A stretch of DNA of 63,699 bases, counting the filler, from Nitrospirae bacterium CG2_30_53_67 (GTDB lineage Bacteria; CG2-30-53-67): assembly GCA_001873285.1 (NCBI GenBank). It is 6 parts of 6 records of this genome, joined end to end, with 100 filler letters (N's around TTAATTAATTAA, not from the genome) between each part and the next. Parts side by side here need not be neighbours in the genome. Positions count along the whole stretch, not along the records: positions 8,858 to 31,702 come from MNYV01000101.1; 5 more parts are not named here. One strand, 5' to 3'. A program made the position numbers and the translations under genes. Positions 20,000 through 30,566 of the stretch are shown piece after piece; the stretch's first letter is position 1; each line of letters begins with the position of its first letter. The notes beneath the pieces were generated by a model, which saw only the letters and a program-made list of their open reading frames with translations, ran no database searches and had not been told where the DNA came from.

Positions 20000-21424
20000 C
20001 TATCGGACAGAACGTTTTCTTTCGGTTGTGGAAAGAATCTTCTGTTCCATCCTGTATTTGGTGACCGTCCTTCTCGCAATACTGATCCCCTTCTTCTTCA
20101 GGATTTCTACGATCTTCTGGTCGCTCAACGGCCTCCCCTGGTCTTCTTTCTGGATGATATGGCGGATCTTTTCCTGGACGCTGATCGCTGAAACATCCCC
20201 TGTATGGGAGGGGACCCCGCTGCAGAAAAAGTATTTCAGTTCAAAAATCCCGTGGGGGGTATGCACGTATTTATTGGTGGTCACCCGGCTCACTGTGGAT
20301 TCATGCATCTCGATGTCTTCGGCAACGTCTCTCAATACCATGGGCTTCAAATAAGCCCGCCCCTTCTCGAAGAATTCCCTCTGATACTTGAGGATGCTCT
20401 CCATGGTCCGATAAATGGTCTTCTGGCGCTGTTCAATGCTCCTGATCAGCCAGAGGGCTGATTTGAATTTGTTCTCCACATATTCCGAGGTGGACGCATT
20501 CATATCCTTCTTGTTCTGAAGCATCTTCCTGTAAAAACTGGAGATCTTCAGCCGGGGCAGTCCGTCATCATTTAATAAAATGACAAAATGATCCCCGTCA
20601 GGGACTACGTAGATGTCCGGAACAATGTAGACCGGATCCTCCCCTCCGAATGACCGGCCGGGCTTGGGTTCGAAGTTTTCGATCACCTTGGCAGCCAACT
20701 CCACGTCCTGCAACGCGACGCCGAGCTTGCGCGAGATACCGGCAAGGTCCTTCTTCTGCAACAGGGAAAGATAGTCCTTGATCAGGGTCTCCACCAGACT
20801 GCTGTCGCTTGCCAATTGTCCAGCCTGAATCAACAGGCACTCCGTCAGATCCCTCGCCGCCACCCCTGCCGGGTCGAAACTCTGGACCAGGGTCAGCGCA
20901 CGCTGGACATCCTCTGCAGAAGCCCCGGTCATCTCGGCAATCTCTTCCTTGGATGAGCGCAGATACCCGTCCGCGTCAAGATTCCCGATGATGAACTCGC
21001 CGATTCGTCTCATGGCGCCGTCTTCGGTGGAGAGATTGAACTGCCATAGGAGATGCTCTCCAAGTGTGGTCTTTCTGGTGAGCGTGTTTTCGTAGGAAGG
21101 GGCTTCATCCTGATCAGAATAAGGCTCGTAGGCAGAATAGCCGGAATCCATGGAACCGCGAAGATAACTTTTCCAGTCAAAATCTTCTTCTTTTTTCTTA
21201 TGCCGCTCTCCGTCTACCCGGTCTTTATTGGATTCCTGAGTTTGTTCTTCGGAAGAAGGCTCCAGGAGTTCTTCTTCCAGAACAGGATTTTCTATCAATT
21301 CCTGATGGATGCTCTGGATCAGCTCGAGTTTGGAGAGCTGAAGAAGCTTGATAGCCTGCTGAAGCTGGGGGGTCATGACCAGCTTCTGGGTCAATTTCAG
21401 ACTGAGTCTCGTATCCAGCTGCAT
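20000..21424 (-). CDS. rpoN: RNA polymerase sigma-54
   Basis: PQLQQAIKLLQL, HESTVSRV, RpoN box ARRTVTKYR. Confidence 0.97.
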   Translation of the reverse strand: MQLDTRLSLKLTQKLVMTPQLQQAIKLLQLSKLELIQSIHQELIENPVLEEELLEPSSEEQTQESNKDRVDGERHKKKEEDFDWKSYLRGSMDSGYSAYEPYSDQDEAPSYENTLTRKTTLGEHLLWQFNLSTEDGAMRRIGEFIIGNLDADGYLRSSKEEIAEMTGASAEDVQRALTLVQSFDPAGVAARDLTECLLIQAGQLASDSSLVETLIKDYLSLLQKKDLAGISRKLGVALQDVELAAKVIENFEPKPGRSFGGEDPVYIVPDIYVVPDGDHFVILLNDDGLPRLKISSFYRKMLQNKKDMNASTSEYVENKFKSALWLIRSIEQRQKTIYRTMESILKYQREFFEKGRAYLKPMVLRDVAEDIEMHESTVSRVTTNKYVHTPHGIFELKYFFCSGVPSHTGDVSAISVQEKIRHIIQKEDQGRPLSDQKIVEILKKKGISIARRTVTKYRMEQKILSTTERKRSVR

Positions 21425-21474
21425 AATGTCTATCGCACCCCGTTAAGGTTGATATCGGCTCAAGAACCGAGGTT

Positions 21475-22242
21475 CTATAAAACTTCAAAATCATGACCGA
21501 GATATTGATTTCTTACCACCGGATCTCGGGTCACCGCCTCGGGCGGCCCGCTGATCTGTATTCCTCCTTTTATCATTATATACAACCTGTCGGCAATTTT
21601 CAACATCTCTCTCGCGTTATGATCCGTAATTAAAACCCCGATCCCTTTCTCCTTCAATTGGGCGATGATTCCCTGGATGTCGCCCACGGCGATCGGATCA
21701 ATCCCCGCAAAGGGCTCATCCAGCAGGATCAGCGCCGGAGAGACGACCAGGGCGCGGGCAATCTCCACCCTGCGTCTTTCGCCGCCGGACAGGGTATAGG
21801 CCTTTTGTCTGCGAAGATGGGTGATCCCGAAATCCCGGAGCAAGGTTTCAAGCCTTTGTTTCCGCTCCATGGCCGTCAGGCGGAGAGTCTCGAGAATCGC
21901 CGTCAAATTCTGCTCGACCGTCAGCTTCTGGAATACCGAAGCCTCCTGAGGAAGATAGCTGATCCCCTTTCTGGCTCGGATCACCATGGGGTCATGGGTC
22001 ATCTCCTGGTCACCGAGAAAGACCTGCCCTCGATCCGCCTGAATCAGTCCGACAATCATATAAAAAGTCGTGGTCTTTCCGGCGCCGTTGGGACCGAGCA
22101 ATCCCACGATCTCACCCGGTTCCACCACAAGGTCCACGCCTCGCACGGCGGGAGTCCCATTGTATCGTTTCACAAGGCCGACCGCCCGTAATCTCTTCGG
22201 GTTCTGAACCGCATGATCAGACGTCACCTTCCGCTCCTTCAC
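21475..22242 (-). CDS. lptB: LPS export ABC ATPase
   Basis: [34 protein letters not shown]. Confidence 0.95.
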   Translation of the reverse strand: MKERKVTSDHAVQNPKRLRAVGLVKRYNGTPAVRGVDLVVEPGEIVGLLGPNGAGKTTTFYMIVGLIQADRGQVFLGDQEMTHDPMVIRARKGISYLPQEASVFQKLTVEQNLTAILETLRLTAMERKQRLETLLRDFGITHLRRQKAYTLSGGERRRVEIARALVVSPALILLDEPFAGIDPIAVGDIQGIIAQLKEKGIGVLITDHNAREMLKIADRLYIMIKGGIQISGPPEAVTRDPVVRNQYLGHDFEVL

Positions 22243-22340
22243 ACACCGAATATCCGGCTTGCGCCTCCTGCATCATGCTGCAGGGATGACGGTATCAAGC
22301 CGGCGTCCCGCATCCTTTGAGAACCTTTTTTCAACGGAGC

Positions 22341-22865
22341 TCACGGTTTGGTTTTTCTCAAGGTGTCAGGATGGAACAGAAACTTGGGCCGCTCCGCCGT
22401 ACTCCCTTCCACCTCGGCCCGATCCTCCTTGAGATAAACCCGGATCAGCGGCCCGGAAAGGGTATTGTTCCCATCCGAAACCCTGGCATTTCCCGTCAGG
22501 ATCAGGAGATCCTGCGCCTCGATATATTCCGCCCGGTCCGACATCGAAGAGCGCGAACCGGATATCACACGCACATGACCTGCCGCCAAGACTCGTTCGA
22601 TATCCTGTCCGGAATTCGCGGTTTGAACATCGGCCTGATCGGCATGCATGACCATATCGCCCCGGATCACCTTGACCCCTCCCAGAAAAACAATAGCCCC
22701 CGACTTGAAATCTCCTTCCATCCTGTCCGAGGTGATGGTCATCGGAAGGCTTTTCCCCTCCGGACCGGACGCATCTTCCGCTCCCGCGTCCTGAATCAGG
22801 AGGGAACAGAGCATGAGGAGACCGGCAAGGCATCGCAGGCGGGATAGGCGTCTTTTTATATTCAA
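22341..22865 (-). CDS. lptA: LPS transport periplasmic protein (OstA/LptA)
   Basis: Signal peptide, beta-jellyroll pattern, synteny. Confidence 0.85.
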   Translation of the reverse strand: MNIKRRLSRLRCLAGLLMLCSLLIQDAGAEDASGPEGKSLPMTITSDRMEGDFKSGAIVFLGGVKVIRGDMVMHADQADVQTANSGQDIERVLAAGHVRVISGSRSSMSDRAEYIEAQDLLILTGNARVSDGNNTLSGPLIRVYLKEDRAEVEGSTAERPKFLFHPDTLRKTKP

Positions 22866-23467
22866 GGCTTTTTTCTTTCTTCCTGTGTGTCAGGCGTAAT
22901 CACGGTCTGAATTCCTCCGGTCAATTCCACTTTACGAAGATCCGTACGATAAGACATCCGGCCGCCGCTCACCCGGTATCCGGACGTAACCAGCTTCACC
23001 GGCTGCTCGGAAGAAATCAGGTTTTTCTCCTTTTCCCAGACGAGCCGGTCGGCATAGAGGGTATACCCTGAATCGGTCACGACCTGGACATCTCCGGAGA
23101 GTTCAATGCGTTTCTCCTTTTCGAAATAATCTCCGAGAAGGCTCGACAGATGGACCCACCCCCCTTGATTCAGCGGATACTCCACCCTGACCTGATCCAT
23201 GTGAACCTGCGACCGGTCCAGAAAACGCTCCGCACGCTCCGCCCAAATCTCCCATTTCTGTTCTCCGTTGCCCCGTTCCGTAAAATGAAATTTCCGGATG
23301 GAAAGATCGGCGCGGGTCTTTGGCGCCTGAACAATGTCCCCCCTTTGCCTGAATGCCCCCTCTCTTAACATCAAGAAAAAAATCGGGAGGGAAACCAGAA
23401 CCGCCAGAGCTGCGAAAAAGAGGCGGGAGTGATTCCCCCGGATAAAATCGCTCACAAAATACCTCAA
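22862..23467 (-). CDS. lptC: LPS export protein LptC
   Basis: N-terminal TM helix, beta-rich domain, synteny. Confidence 0.85.
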   Translation of the reverse strand: MRYFVSDFIRGNHSRLFFAALAVLVSLPIFFLMLREGAFRQRGDIVQAPKTRADLSIRKFHFTERGNGEQKWEIWAERAERFLDRSQVHMDQVRVEYPLNQGGWVHLSSLLGDYFEKEKRIELSGDVQVVTDSGYTLYADRLVWEKEKNLISSEQPVKLVTSGYRVSGGRMSYRTDLRKVELTGGIQTVITPDTQEERKKP

Positions 23468-24114
23468 CGTATTAAGAGTAACCTTTTGATTTTTTTGATA
23501 TATTCAGAAGCCTCCACCCCGCTGACCGGCTGGTCCACGGAAAACCTCCCGCCGGCGTCCAAGTCCATGACTCCGGCTTGTAACACCACCATGACCGATC
23601 CGTAAAAGAGATGATCATTAGGGAGATCGGACGGCTGATTCGGAGGGATCGGCCTTCGGACTCCTGAGATACCCCCTTTTTTGATCATCCCGGACAGAAC
23701 CTGCGCCATCTCTCCACGGCTGACCGGCTGGTCCGGCAAAAACCGGTGATTTTTAAAAACCGGCATCAGACCCAGTTGCACGGTCTTCAGAATCTCCTCC
23801 CTGGCCCAGTGGTCTCTGAGATCCACCATGATCGGGATCTCCGGGCGTGCGCGGAACGAATCCTTGGGAAGCTCGTACACCAGCAGAGCAGCCAACCCGC
23901 CGCGGGTGAGCACCTGCACCTTGGAGAGCGGAGTCATTTCTTCCGGCAATTTCTGCCGGGTTGGAATCTCCTGGACAGGGGCCTTGGCAGGGGCGGGCAC
24001 AGGAGCCGGAACCGCCGGGACTGAAACCGGACCATAAGGCACACAGCCGAAAAGGATCATCGCCATCCCCACTCCGGCCAGATAAAGCACGGGATAAAGC
24101 ACGGGGTCAGACAT
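23464..24114 (-). CDS. Putative lipoprotein with S-layer-homology domains
   Basis: LFGC lipobox; DLRDHWAREEI, FLPDQPVSRGEMA; ATG lies inside the transposon inverted repeat. Confidence 0.7.
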   Translation of the reverse strand: MSDPVLYPVLYLAGVGMAMILFGCVPYGPVSVPAVPAPVPAPAKAPVQEIPTRQKLPEEMTPLSKVQVLTRGGLAALLVYELPKDSFRARPEIPIMVDLRDHWAREEILKTVQLGLMPVFKNHRFLPDQPVSRGEMAQVLSGMIKKGGISGVRRPIPPNQPSDLPNDHLFYGSVMVVLQAGVMDLDAGGRFSVDQPVSGVEASEYIKKIKRLLLIR

Positions 24115-25147
24115 TGATAATTGGATATTTACCCCGCCCCTCTTTCCGAAGCGTCTTGACAATCCTCTGGATTTTCGCTGCAAGTTCACGATCATCGCAT
24201 AACCTCTCCGTAAGCTTCTTCACTCCTAAACTGATGGATGCAGGATCCCGGCCAAAACAGCCGGCTGATTTTATCAGGGGGATTCCTCCGATTTTCTTTG
24301 CAATATAGGATGTGACGGCCCTGCATAATGCAGCCTCTCTACTCCGGGAGCAATCCATGATTCTCCCAACAGGCAGATTGAAGGCCTTACTGACCTCGGC
24401 AACCAGGGCATCTATTTTAAGGTCTATGAAAGATTCCATCCTGTCTTCTCTATCGATCCGCTTCTCTATTCTCTCAACAAATAGGTCTTCTCCAAGATAA
24501 TGCTGTTCCTTCACCGCATAGAGGTCTTCTCTGTGACCCGTTCTCAACGCGGCATGGACAAAATCCTGATACGCGGAAAGCGCCGCCTTTCGGTTCTTCG
24601 ACAGGATGGCCAAGGGCATATCCGTCTCAAGCCAGGACAAAGACTTATTTGAAAGGTATGCCCGATGGCTGCTCCAGGTGTACTCGCCCGGAAGATTCAC
24701 CATGCCGGCTCTGACCGGATTCAGATGGATATACCGGATCAATTCCAAGAAATAGGAATCCTTGTCACAAATGATGGATTTGTATCTTCCCTGGAAGAGA
24801 TGACCTGTCGTGCTGTATTTTCTATTGAAGTACATGGTATAGCTTTGCTGAAGCCCCTGCATCATCTTGGAAAGAGACGTTTTACCTTGTTCAATCAGCA
24901 GATGAATATGGTTAGGCATCAAAACATAAGCGTAGAGCGAACAGAGGCAGCGCCTCTGATAGGAGATCAGGCGGTTCAAGTATTGTTGGTAGTCTTCCTC
25001 TCCGCGAAAAACCTGTTGGCGCTGGTTCCCCCTTGCAATGACATGATAAAAAGCTCCTTGATATTCTACACGAGGCTTCCTGGCCATGCCTCATCAATAA
25101 CAGAGTTGTGTAACGGTGTCAATATAAAAATATCAATGTCTGACCCC
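24103..25147 (-). mobile_element. RAYT-like Y1 transposase element with 17-bp perfect inverted repeats
   Basis: GGGGTCAGACATTGATA (24103-24119) and TATCAATGTCTGACCCC (25131-25147). Confidence 0.8.
24107..25087 (-). CDS. REP-associated Y1 (HUH) transposase with C-terminal DnaA-C-like HTH
   Basis: YHVIARGN, LMPNHIH, GHLFQGRY, YIHLNPVRAG, YTWSSH. Confidence 0.9.
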   Translation of the reverse strand: MARKPRVEYQGAFYHVIARGNQRQQVFRGEEDYQQYLNRLISYQRRCLCSLYAYVLMPNHIHLLIEQGKTSLSKMMQGLQQSYTMYFNRKYSTTGHLFQGRYKSIICDKDSYFLELIRYIHLNPVRAGMVNLPGEYTWSSHRAYLSNKSLSWLETDMPLAILSKNRKAALSAYQDFVHAALRTGHREDLYAVKEQHYLGEDLFVERIEKRIDREDRMESFIDLKIDALVAEVSKAFNLPVGRIMDCSRSREAALCRAVTSYIAKKIGGIPLIKSAGCFGRDPASISLGVKKLTERLCDDRELAAKIQRIVKTLRKEGRGKYPIINV

Positions 25148-25426
25148 AAGTGGGAGGAAGTTCGGGTTGAGTTCGTACGCCTTCCTGAAAGCCTCCCGCG
25201 CAGCGGGGTAGTCCCGCATCTCCTGGTAGGTATAGCCCAGATAATAGTAGGCGGCCGCGTGGTTCGGGTCTTGGGCAATGACCTCTTTGAAGGACTCCAC
25301 GGCAGCCGGATAGTCTTTGCTGAAATAGAGATGCAAGGCAAAGTTGAGGCCATCCTGCCCGGCCCGGATCGTCACTGCCGTCGAGAGGAGCGCGATGACA
25401 GACAGGGATAAAATGATCTTTTTCAT
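25133..25426 (-). CDS. Small secreted TPR protein
   Basis: Signal peptide, DPNHAAAYYYLG...AFRKAYELNP; stop codon lies inside the element's inverted repeat. Confidence 0.75.
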   Translation of the reverse strand: MKKIILSLSVIALLSTAVTIRAGQDGLNFALHLYFSKDYPAAVESFKEVIAQDPNHAAAYYYLGYTYQEMRDYPAAREAFRKAYELNPNFLPLGVRH

Positions 25427-26013
25427 TTTTTCTCCTTTTCCATGAGTTTGTCCATGACCACGTCCTTCTCTTTCCGGATCATGGAGGAAATTTTCCTCTC
25501 TTTCCAGATCTGATCGAGTTTCTCCCGGGTTGCTTCAAAACGCCTCTGAATCTCCTGGGGCGCAGCCTTGGCGATCAGCCCGACGGTGGAAATGATGTAC
25601 GGCGTCAGCTTGGATTCCTGGAGGACCCTGCTTCCCGGCATGAAGCTCGTCATGAGCATGATGATCACGGAAACGATCAGGCATCCCTTCAGGAAACCGA
25701 ACACGGCTCCGAGCAGGTGATCGGCCCATCCCAGCATGACTTGACGTGTCACACCCTCGAGCAAGACTCCGATGAGCCGTATGGCCAGGGTTGAACCCAC
25801 AAAAACCAAGGCGTATCCGAGAATTTTGGAGAGGGGTGGGTGATGGATGAAACGGAGCATAAACTCGCCCATATACTCAAAGGTATGGTTGGCGATCAGA
25901 AAGCCCAGGATCACCGATCCGAGCGAGAAGACCTCCCTGATCACACCCTTGAAGAGGCTCAGCACAAAGGCCGATCCGACAATCACGATAATCGTTATAT
26001 CAAGAAGGTTCAT
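25423..26013 (-). CDS. cvpA: CvpA family membrane protein
   Basis: MNLLDI...KGVIREVFSL, D.LLG.VFG..KG. Confidence 0.85.
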   Translation of the reverse strand: MNLLDITIIVIVGSAFVLSLFKGVIREVFSLGSVILGFLIANHTFEYMGEFMLRFIHHPPLSKILGYALVFVGSTLAIRLIGVLLEGVTRQVMLGWADHLLGAVFGFLKGCLIVSVIIMLMTSFMPGSRVLQESKLTPYIISTVGLIAKAAPQEIQRRFEATREKLDQIWKERKISSMIRKEKDVVMDKLMEKEKK

Positions 26014-26066
26014 TGTTTTGTTCTCAAACGGTTGTAAGATACCTATCGGTGCTTTATAACAATTAA

Positions 26067-26357
26067 AGTCCTTCTCCCATTTAGTGGGTAAAAAGGGGTC
26101 GAGGGTTCAAGGGGTCAAGGATTCAAGTGAAATGCTTAAACGCAAGCAAAATCTCCAGAGAAAAACACTGTAACCCTTGAACCCAAGATGCCTTAGTGTA
26201 GTAGCCGTCGCAGACGGCAAGGGTGGAGAAAAGCGGGACACGCGAAGCGTAACCCTGGGACCCTCGGCCCCTTATGTTTTTAGCACTTCACTTGACCCCT
26301 GGAATCCTTGACCCCTTGAACCCTTATGTTTTCACCCACTCTTTTTGGAGACGATCC
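26067..26357. mobile_element. MITE family A, full-length, carrying the 66-bp internal module
   Basis: Both TIRs present (slightly diverged); module at 26185-26250. Confidence 0.85.
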
Positions 26358-26362
26358 TATTT

Positions 26363-27535
26363 TTAGGGTTGATGTTTTTTGAACTCTTCATGCATCTTCT
26401 TCCGGACATCGGGATTCATCAGGACCTCCAGGCCGGTCAGCGCCAGGGCCTTGGCTGCGGTCCCCATAACCCGTTCTGCGTCCTCTGTACGCGCAGCCTC
26501 TGCAAACCTCGGCGTATGCGGCATGCGGTCCATGCCGCAGATGGAAAGCTCCGGGTGGATCGCCGGAAGGATCCGGCTGAGGTTGCCGATATCCGATGAG
26601 CCGATATATTTTGTCTCATCGGTATCGTCAATGACGATCCCGAGGGATTCCACGGCTTGCTGGAAGATCCCGGCCAGCGTATAGTTCGGCATCAATCCCT
26701 CATAGACCGGTCCGGCGGTCTCCACCGCGAAGGTGCATCCCGCGGCCCGGGAAGCCCCCTCCATGCAGCCCTTGACCCGTTCGATGATATGCTTCATGGT
26801 CCCTGTCTCAAGCGCCCGTACCGCGATCCTGGCCTCGGTCCTGGATGGAATGACGTTGACGGCATCCCCTCCGTGGGTGATGATTCCGTGGATCCGGACA
26901 TCCTCCGGAGTCTGCTGGCGCAGGGCATTGACTCCTGAAAACATGAGAATCATGGCATCGAGGGCGTTGATCCCCAGCTCAGGGGCGGCGGCGGCATGGG
27001 CGCTCTTCCCGTAAAATGTGATTTTGAGCTCGGTCATGGACAGGGTCCGTTTGACGACCGCATTTCGGACCGAAGGATGGAACATCATGGCGGCATCGAT
27101 CCCGTCAAAGACGCCGTGCTCGATCATCCTGATCTTGCCGCCGTACATCTCTTCAGCCGGCGTCCCTATCACCAAGATGCGCCCTTGGCCCCGGGGGAGG
27201 ACGGAAGCGAGAGCGGCCCCGGCTCCGGCCCCTGCGGCGGCGATCAGGTTGTGCCCGCAGGCATGGCCGATACCCGGAAGGGCGTCATATTCCGAAAGAA
27301 AGGCCACCGAAGGCGACGCCGGCGCCCCCCGATGGGCCTTGAACGCGGTCTTAAGAGAGGCCGGTTCCTCCTCTAAATGGAATCCCTGGGAATCGAGGAA
27401 CCGCGTCAGAAGCGAGTGCGACTCCTTCTCCTCAAAACCGAGTTCAGGATGGCCGTGGATGGCGCGGCTCAAGCCGACCAGTTCCGGAAAGAGCCGGTCC
27501 ACTTCAGCGATCACCTTCCTACGAAGATCCGTCAT
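26363..27535 (-). CDS. M20 family amidohydrolase/peptidase
   Basis: HPELGFEE, EYDALPGIGHACGHN, GTPAEE. Confidence 0.9.
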   Translation of the reverse strand: MTDLRRKVIAEVDRLFPELVGLSRAIHGHPELGFEEKESHSLLTRFLDSQGFHLEEEPASLKTAFKAHRGAPASPSVAFLSEYDALPGIGHACGHNLIAAAGAGAGAALASVLPRGQGRILVIGTPAEEMYGGKIRMIEHGVFDGIDAAMMFHPSVRNAVVKRTLSMTELKITFYGKSAHAAAAPELGINALDAMILMFSGVNALRQQTPEDVRIHGIITHGGDAVNVIPSRTEARIAVRALETGTMKHIIERVKGCMEGASRAAGCTFAVETAGPVYEGLMPNYTLAGIFQQAVESLGIVIDDTDETKYIGSSDIGNLSRILPAIHPELSICGMDRMPHTPRFAEAARTEDAERVMGTAAKALALTGLEVLMNPDVRKKMHEEFKKHQP

Positions 27536-27583
27536 GGTTTTTCACTCACTGGATAGGTTTATTCTTTGAAGGACCCTGCCTAA

Positions 27584-27746
27584 GTGGTCCTGTTCGTAAA
27601 TATGGTAACGTACCGAGAGGGTCGTAGGGCGGTCTCATCTCCGCGCGCGACTGAGGTGTACCCACTGTGGTACGCCGCAAGGAGCGGAACGCAGATGAGG
27701 CCGCCCTACGGCACTCGAATGCGACCGTATTTACGAATAGGGCCAC
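27584..27746 (-). mobile_element. MITE family B, copy 2
   Basis: Same TIRs, TAA on both sides. Confidence 0.85.
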
Positions 27747-28492
27747 TAAGTGGCCCTTTTCGTTCCCGCCCTTCCGGCCTCGGTCCTGTGCACTTTCTTG
27801 ATCTTTTCCAGGGCCTGCATGGCTGCCTGCTGCTGCGCCTCCTTCTTGTTCCGCCCGTTCCCGACGCCTAAGACCTCGCCGTTCACAGTGAGTTCCATGA
27901 CAAAAAGGCGGTTGTGATCGGGACCGCTTGTCCGCTTGAGGTGGTATTCCGGAAGGCGCCCGAACCTTTCCTGACAGATCTCCTGAAAGGTGGTCTTGAA
28001 ATCAAAAGGATGTTTTTGTTCCACGGCCTCCTCTATCATATCCTTGAAGTGCGCCAGAACCACCTGCGTGGCAGACCGCATCCCGCGGTCCAGGTAAATT
28101 CCGGCAATCACCGCTTCCAGGGCATCGGAGATGAGCGACACCTTCTCCCGTCCTCCGGTCCCCTCTTCCCCTTTGCCGAGGAAAAGATAGGTCCCAAGGC
28201 CGATTTTAGCGGCAATGGAGGCCAGGCCGTTTTCATTGACGAGGTTGGCCCGAATTTTCGAGAGCGCCCCCTCGTTCAGTTCCTGGTATTTCTTGTAAAG
28301 ATAGTGGCTGATGATCAGGCTTAATACGGCGTCCCCCACAAACTCCAATCGTTCGTTATCCTCCCGCCGCAGCCCGGGATTTTCATTGGCAAAAGACTTA
28401 TGGGTCAGGGCGTTGATGAGGAGGGTTTGATCTTGGAAGGTATATCCAAGTTTCTCCTCCAGCGGGGATAAACCATAAACTTCAGGATTCAT
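27746..28492 (-). CDS. rnc: Ribonuclease III
   Basis: NERLEFVGDAVL, SDALEAVI, dsRBD; ATG at 28492. Confidence 0.95.
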   Translation of the reverse strand: MNPEVYGLSPLEEKLGYTFQDQTLLINALTHKSFANENPGLRREDNERLEFVGDAVLSLIISHYLYKKYQELNEGALSKIRANLVNENGLASIAAKIGLGTYLFLGKGEEGTGGREKVSLISDALEAVIAGIYLDRGMRSATQVVLAHFKDMIEEAVEQKHPFDFKTTFQEICQERFGRLPEYHLKRTSGPDHNRLFVMELTVNGEVLGVGNGRNKKEAQQQAAMQALEKIKKVHRTEAGRAGTKRAT

Positions 28493-28614
28493 GCAATGCC
28501 TCAACACCGTTACACCCCGGCCTCTCGGCCCCGAGAAGCTGTGCGGGACCGGGTGTTTCCAATTCATCGGGATGAAACGTCACTGGATACGGCTCCTTGT
28601 CTGCGGACACTTCC

Positions 28615-29850
28615 TCATTCATACCTTCGGAGAACCAGTGTGGCATTGGTTCCTCCAAACCCCAATGAATTGCTGAGGGCCGCCCGGACCGGAACCCGGC
28701 GCGCCTGATTAGGGACATAATCGAGATCACAGGCCGGATCCGGCGCTTCATAGTTGATCGTGGGAGGAATGATCCCATGCAGAAGGGTCATGGCCATGAA
28801 AACGGTCTCGATCCCGCCCGCCGCTCCCAGAAGATGACCGGTCATGGACTTGGTGGAGCTGACGGCAAGATGCATCGAGCGGCCTCCAAAGACCTTCTTG
28901 ATGGCCAGGGTCTCGTTCTCGTCGTTAAATTTCGTAGAGGTCCCGTGCGCATTGATATAGTCTATCTCATCGGGATTCATCCCGGCGTCTTTCAGGGCCA
29001 TGGCCATACAGCGGGAGGCGCCCTCTCCTCCCGGCGCAGGAGATGTGATGTGATAGGCATCCGAGGTCAGTCCGTACCCGACGACCTCCGCATAAATTTT
29101 TGCGCCGCGCTTCCTGGCCAGTTCCAGTTCCTCCAATACCACCACGCCGGCCCCTTCTCCGATCACGAAACCGTCCCGCTCCGCATCGAAGGGGCGGCTG
29201 GCCTTTTCCGGCTCATGGTTCCGGGTGGAAAGCGCCCTCATGGCGGAGAATCCGGCAAGTGCCAGGGGACAGATGGTCGATTCGGTCCCGCCGGCGATCA
29301 TGGCATCGGCATCATTCCTCTGGATCAGCCGGAAGGCATCCCCGATGGAATGGGTTCCGGTGGCGCAGGCCGTGACGATGGACGTGTTGGGGCCTCTCAG
29401 TCCGTAACGGATGGCGATCTGACCTGAAGCCAGATTGATCAGAACCATGGGAACAAAAAAAGGCGAGACCTTCCTGGGGCCGCGTTCCAAGAGGGTCTTA
29501 TGGTATTTCTCAATGGCCTGAAGCCCTCCTATCCCCGCGCCGACAATCACCCCGACGCGTTCGGTATTGGAGGCGTCCACCACGAGGCCTGAGTCCTCCA
29601 TGGCCATCTGGCCGGCGGCCATGGCATACTGGATGAAGGAGTCCATTTTCTTCTGATCCTTCTTGTCTATATAGAGGTCCGGATCAAATCCCTTGACCTC
29701 CCCGGCGATTTGAGAAGGATACTCGGACGCATCAAACCGGGTGATACGGGTGATCCCGGATCGGCCGTTGATCAGCCCATCCCACGTGGTCTCGAGGTCA
29801 TTGCCTACCGGCGTGACCACGCCCATCCCTGTAATGACAACCCTTCTCAT
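28615..29850 (-). CDS. fabF: 3-oxoacyl-ACP synthase II
   Basis: [28 protein letters not shown]. Confidence 0.96.
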   Translation of the reverse strand: MRRVVITGMGVVTPVGNDLETTWDGLINGRSGITRITRFDASEYPSQIAGEVKGFDPDLYIDKKDQKKMDSFIQYAMAAGQMAMEDSGLVVDASNTERVGVIVGAGIGGLQAIEKYHKTLLERGPRKVSPFFVPMVLINLASGQIAIRYGLRGPNTSIVTACATGTHSIGDAFRLIQRNDADAMIAGGTESTICPLALAGFSAMRALSTRNHEPEKASRPFDAERDGFVIGEGAGVVVLEELELARKRGAKIYAEVVGYGLTSDAYHITSPAPGGEGASRCMAMALKDAGMNPDEIDYINAHGTSTKFNDENETLAIKKVFGGRSMHLAVSSTKSMTGHLLGAAGGIETVFMAMTLLHGIIPPTINYEAPDPACDLDYVPNQARRVPVRAALSNSLGFGGTNATLVLRRYE

Positions 29851-30052
29851 AACACTCCCCGAAGTATCATCCATTCAGATTCCCTGCCGCACGCTGCCGG
29901 GAATCTCCGGACGATAAGGATTTTTTCTGTAACCTTTCACGAACTCCTCATCGGCCCTGTTCATCCACAGGGTGAGACACCGGCCGGCGGTAAAAATCAA
30001 AGGAAGAATCTCCCATGCGTTCCCTACCGACATTCGGAATATCATCACCGGA

Positions 30053-30277
30053 TCAGGACCGGTCACGGATATAATCAATGGCATGCTGTACCGTGGTGAT
30101 TTTCTCCGCCTCTTCGTCAGGGATCTCAATCCCGAACTCTTCTTCCAGGGCCATGACCAGCTCCACGGTATCCAGGGAATCCGCTCCCAGATCATCCACA
30201 AAAGAGGCTTCCGGCTTGACTTGCGCGATATCCACATCCAACTGCTCTGCAATAATCTTCTTGACTTTCTCTTCCAT
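30053..30277 (-). CDS. acpP: Acyl carrier protein
   Basis: [14 protein letters not shown]. Confidence 0.96.
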   Translation of the reverse strand: MEEKVKKIIAEQLDVDIAQVKPEASFVDDLGADSLDTVELVMALEEEFGIEIPDEEAEKITTVQHAIDYIRDRS

Positions 30278-30336
30278 TCTTTTTTTCCTCCTATTTAAAT
30301 TTGTTTAGGATTTCGATATTCGTATCTACTATTTGC

Positions 30337-30557
30337 GGTTCTTCTCCCATTTAGTGGGTAAAAAGGGTTCGAGGATTCCAGGGTTCAAGGGGTCAAGTGA
30401 AATACTTGAACGCAAGCAAAATCGCCAGAGAAAAACACTAGGGAACCCTTGAACCCTAGGACCCTCGGCCCCTTATGTTTTTAGCTCTTCACTTGACCCC
30501 TGGAATCCTTGACCCCTTGACCCCTGACGTTTTCACCCACTCTTTTGGAGATGATCC
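30337..30557. mobile_element. MITE family A, full-length
   Basis: TIRs GGTTCTTCTCCCATTTAGTGGGTAAAAA and TTTTCACCCACTCTTTTGGAGATGATCC; flanks CTATTTGC and GTATTTGC. Confidence 0.9.
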
Positions 30558-30566
30558 GTATTTGCC

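Noticed and set aside
22254..22304. Hairpin CCGGCTTG...CAAGCCGG between lptA and lptB
   Set aside because: Single degenerate copy in the window; it cannot be distinguished from an ordinary intergenic stem-loop.
11890..23467. Complete mannose-family PTS in the rpoN operon as a novel system
   Set aside because: This is a known conserved arrangement in deltaproteobacteria.
29875..30252. 125-aa ORF overlapping acpP
   Set aside because: An alternative frame of acpP plus intergenic DNA, with no family signal.
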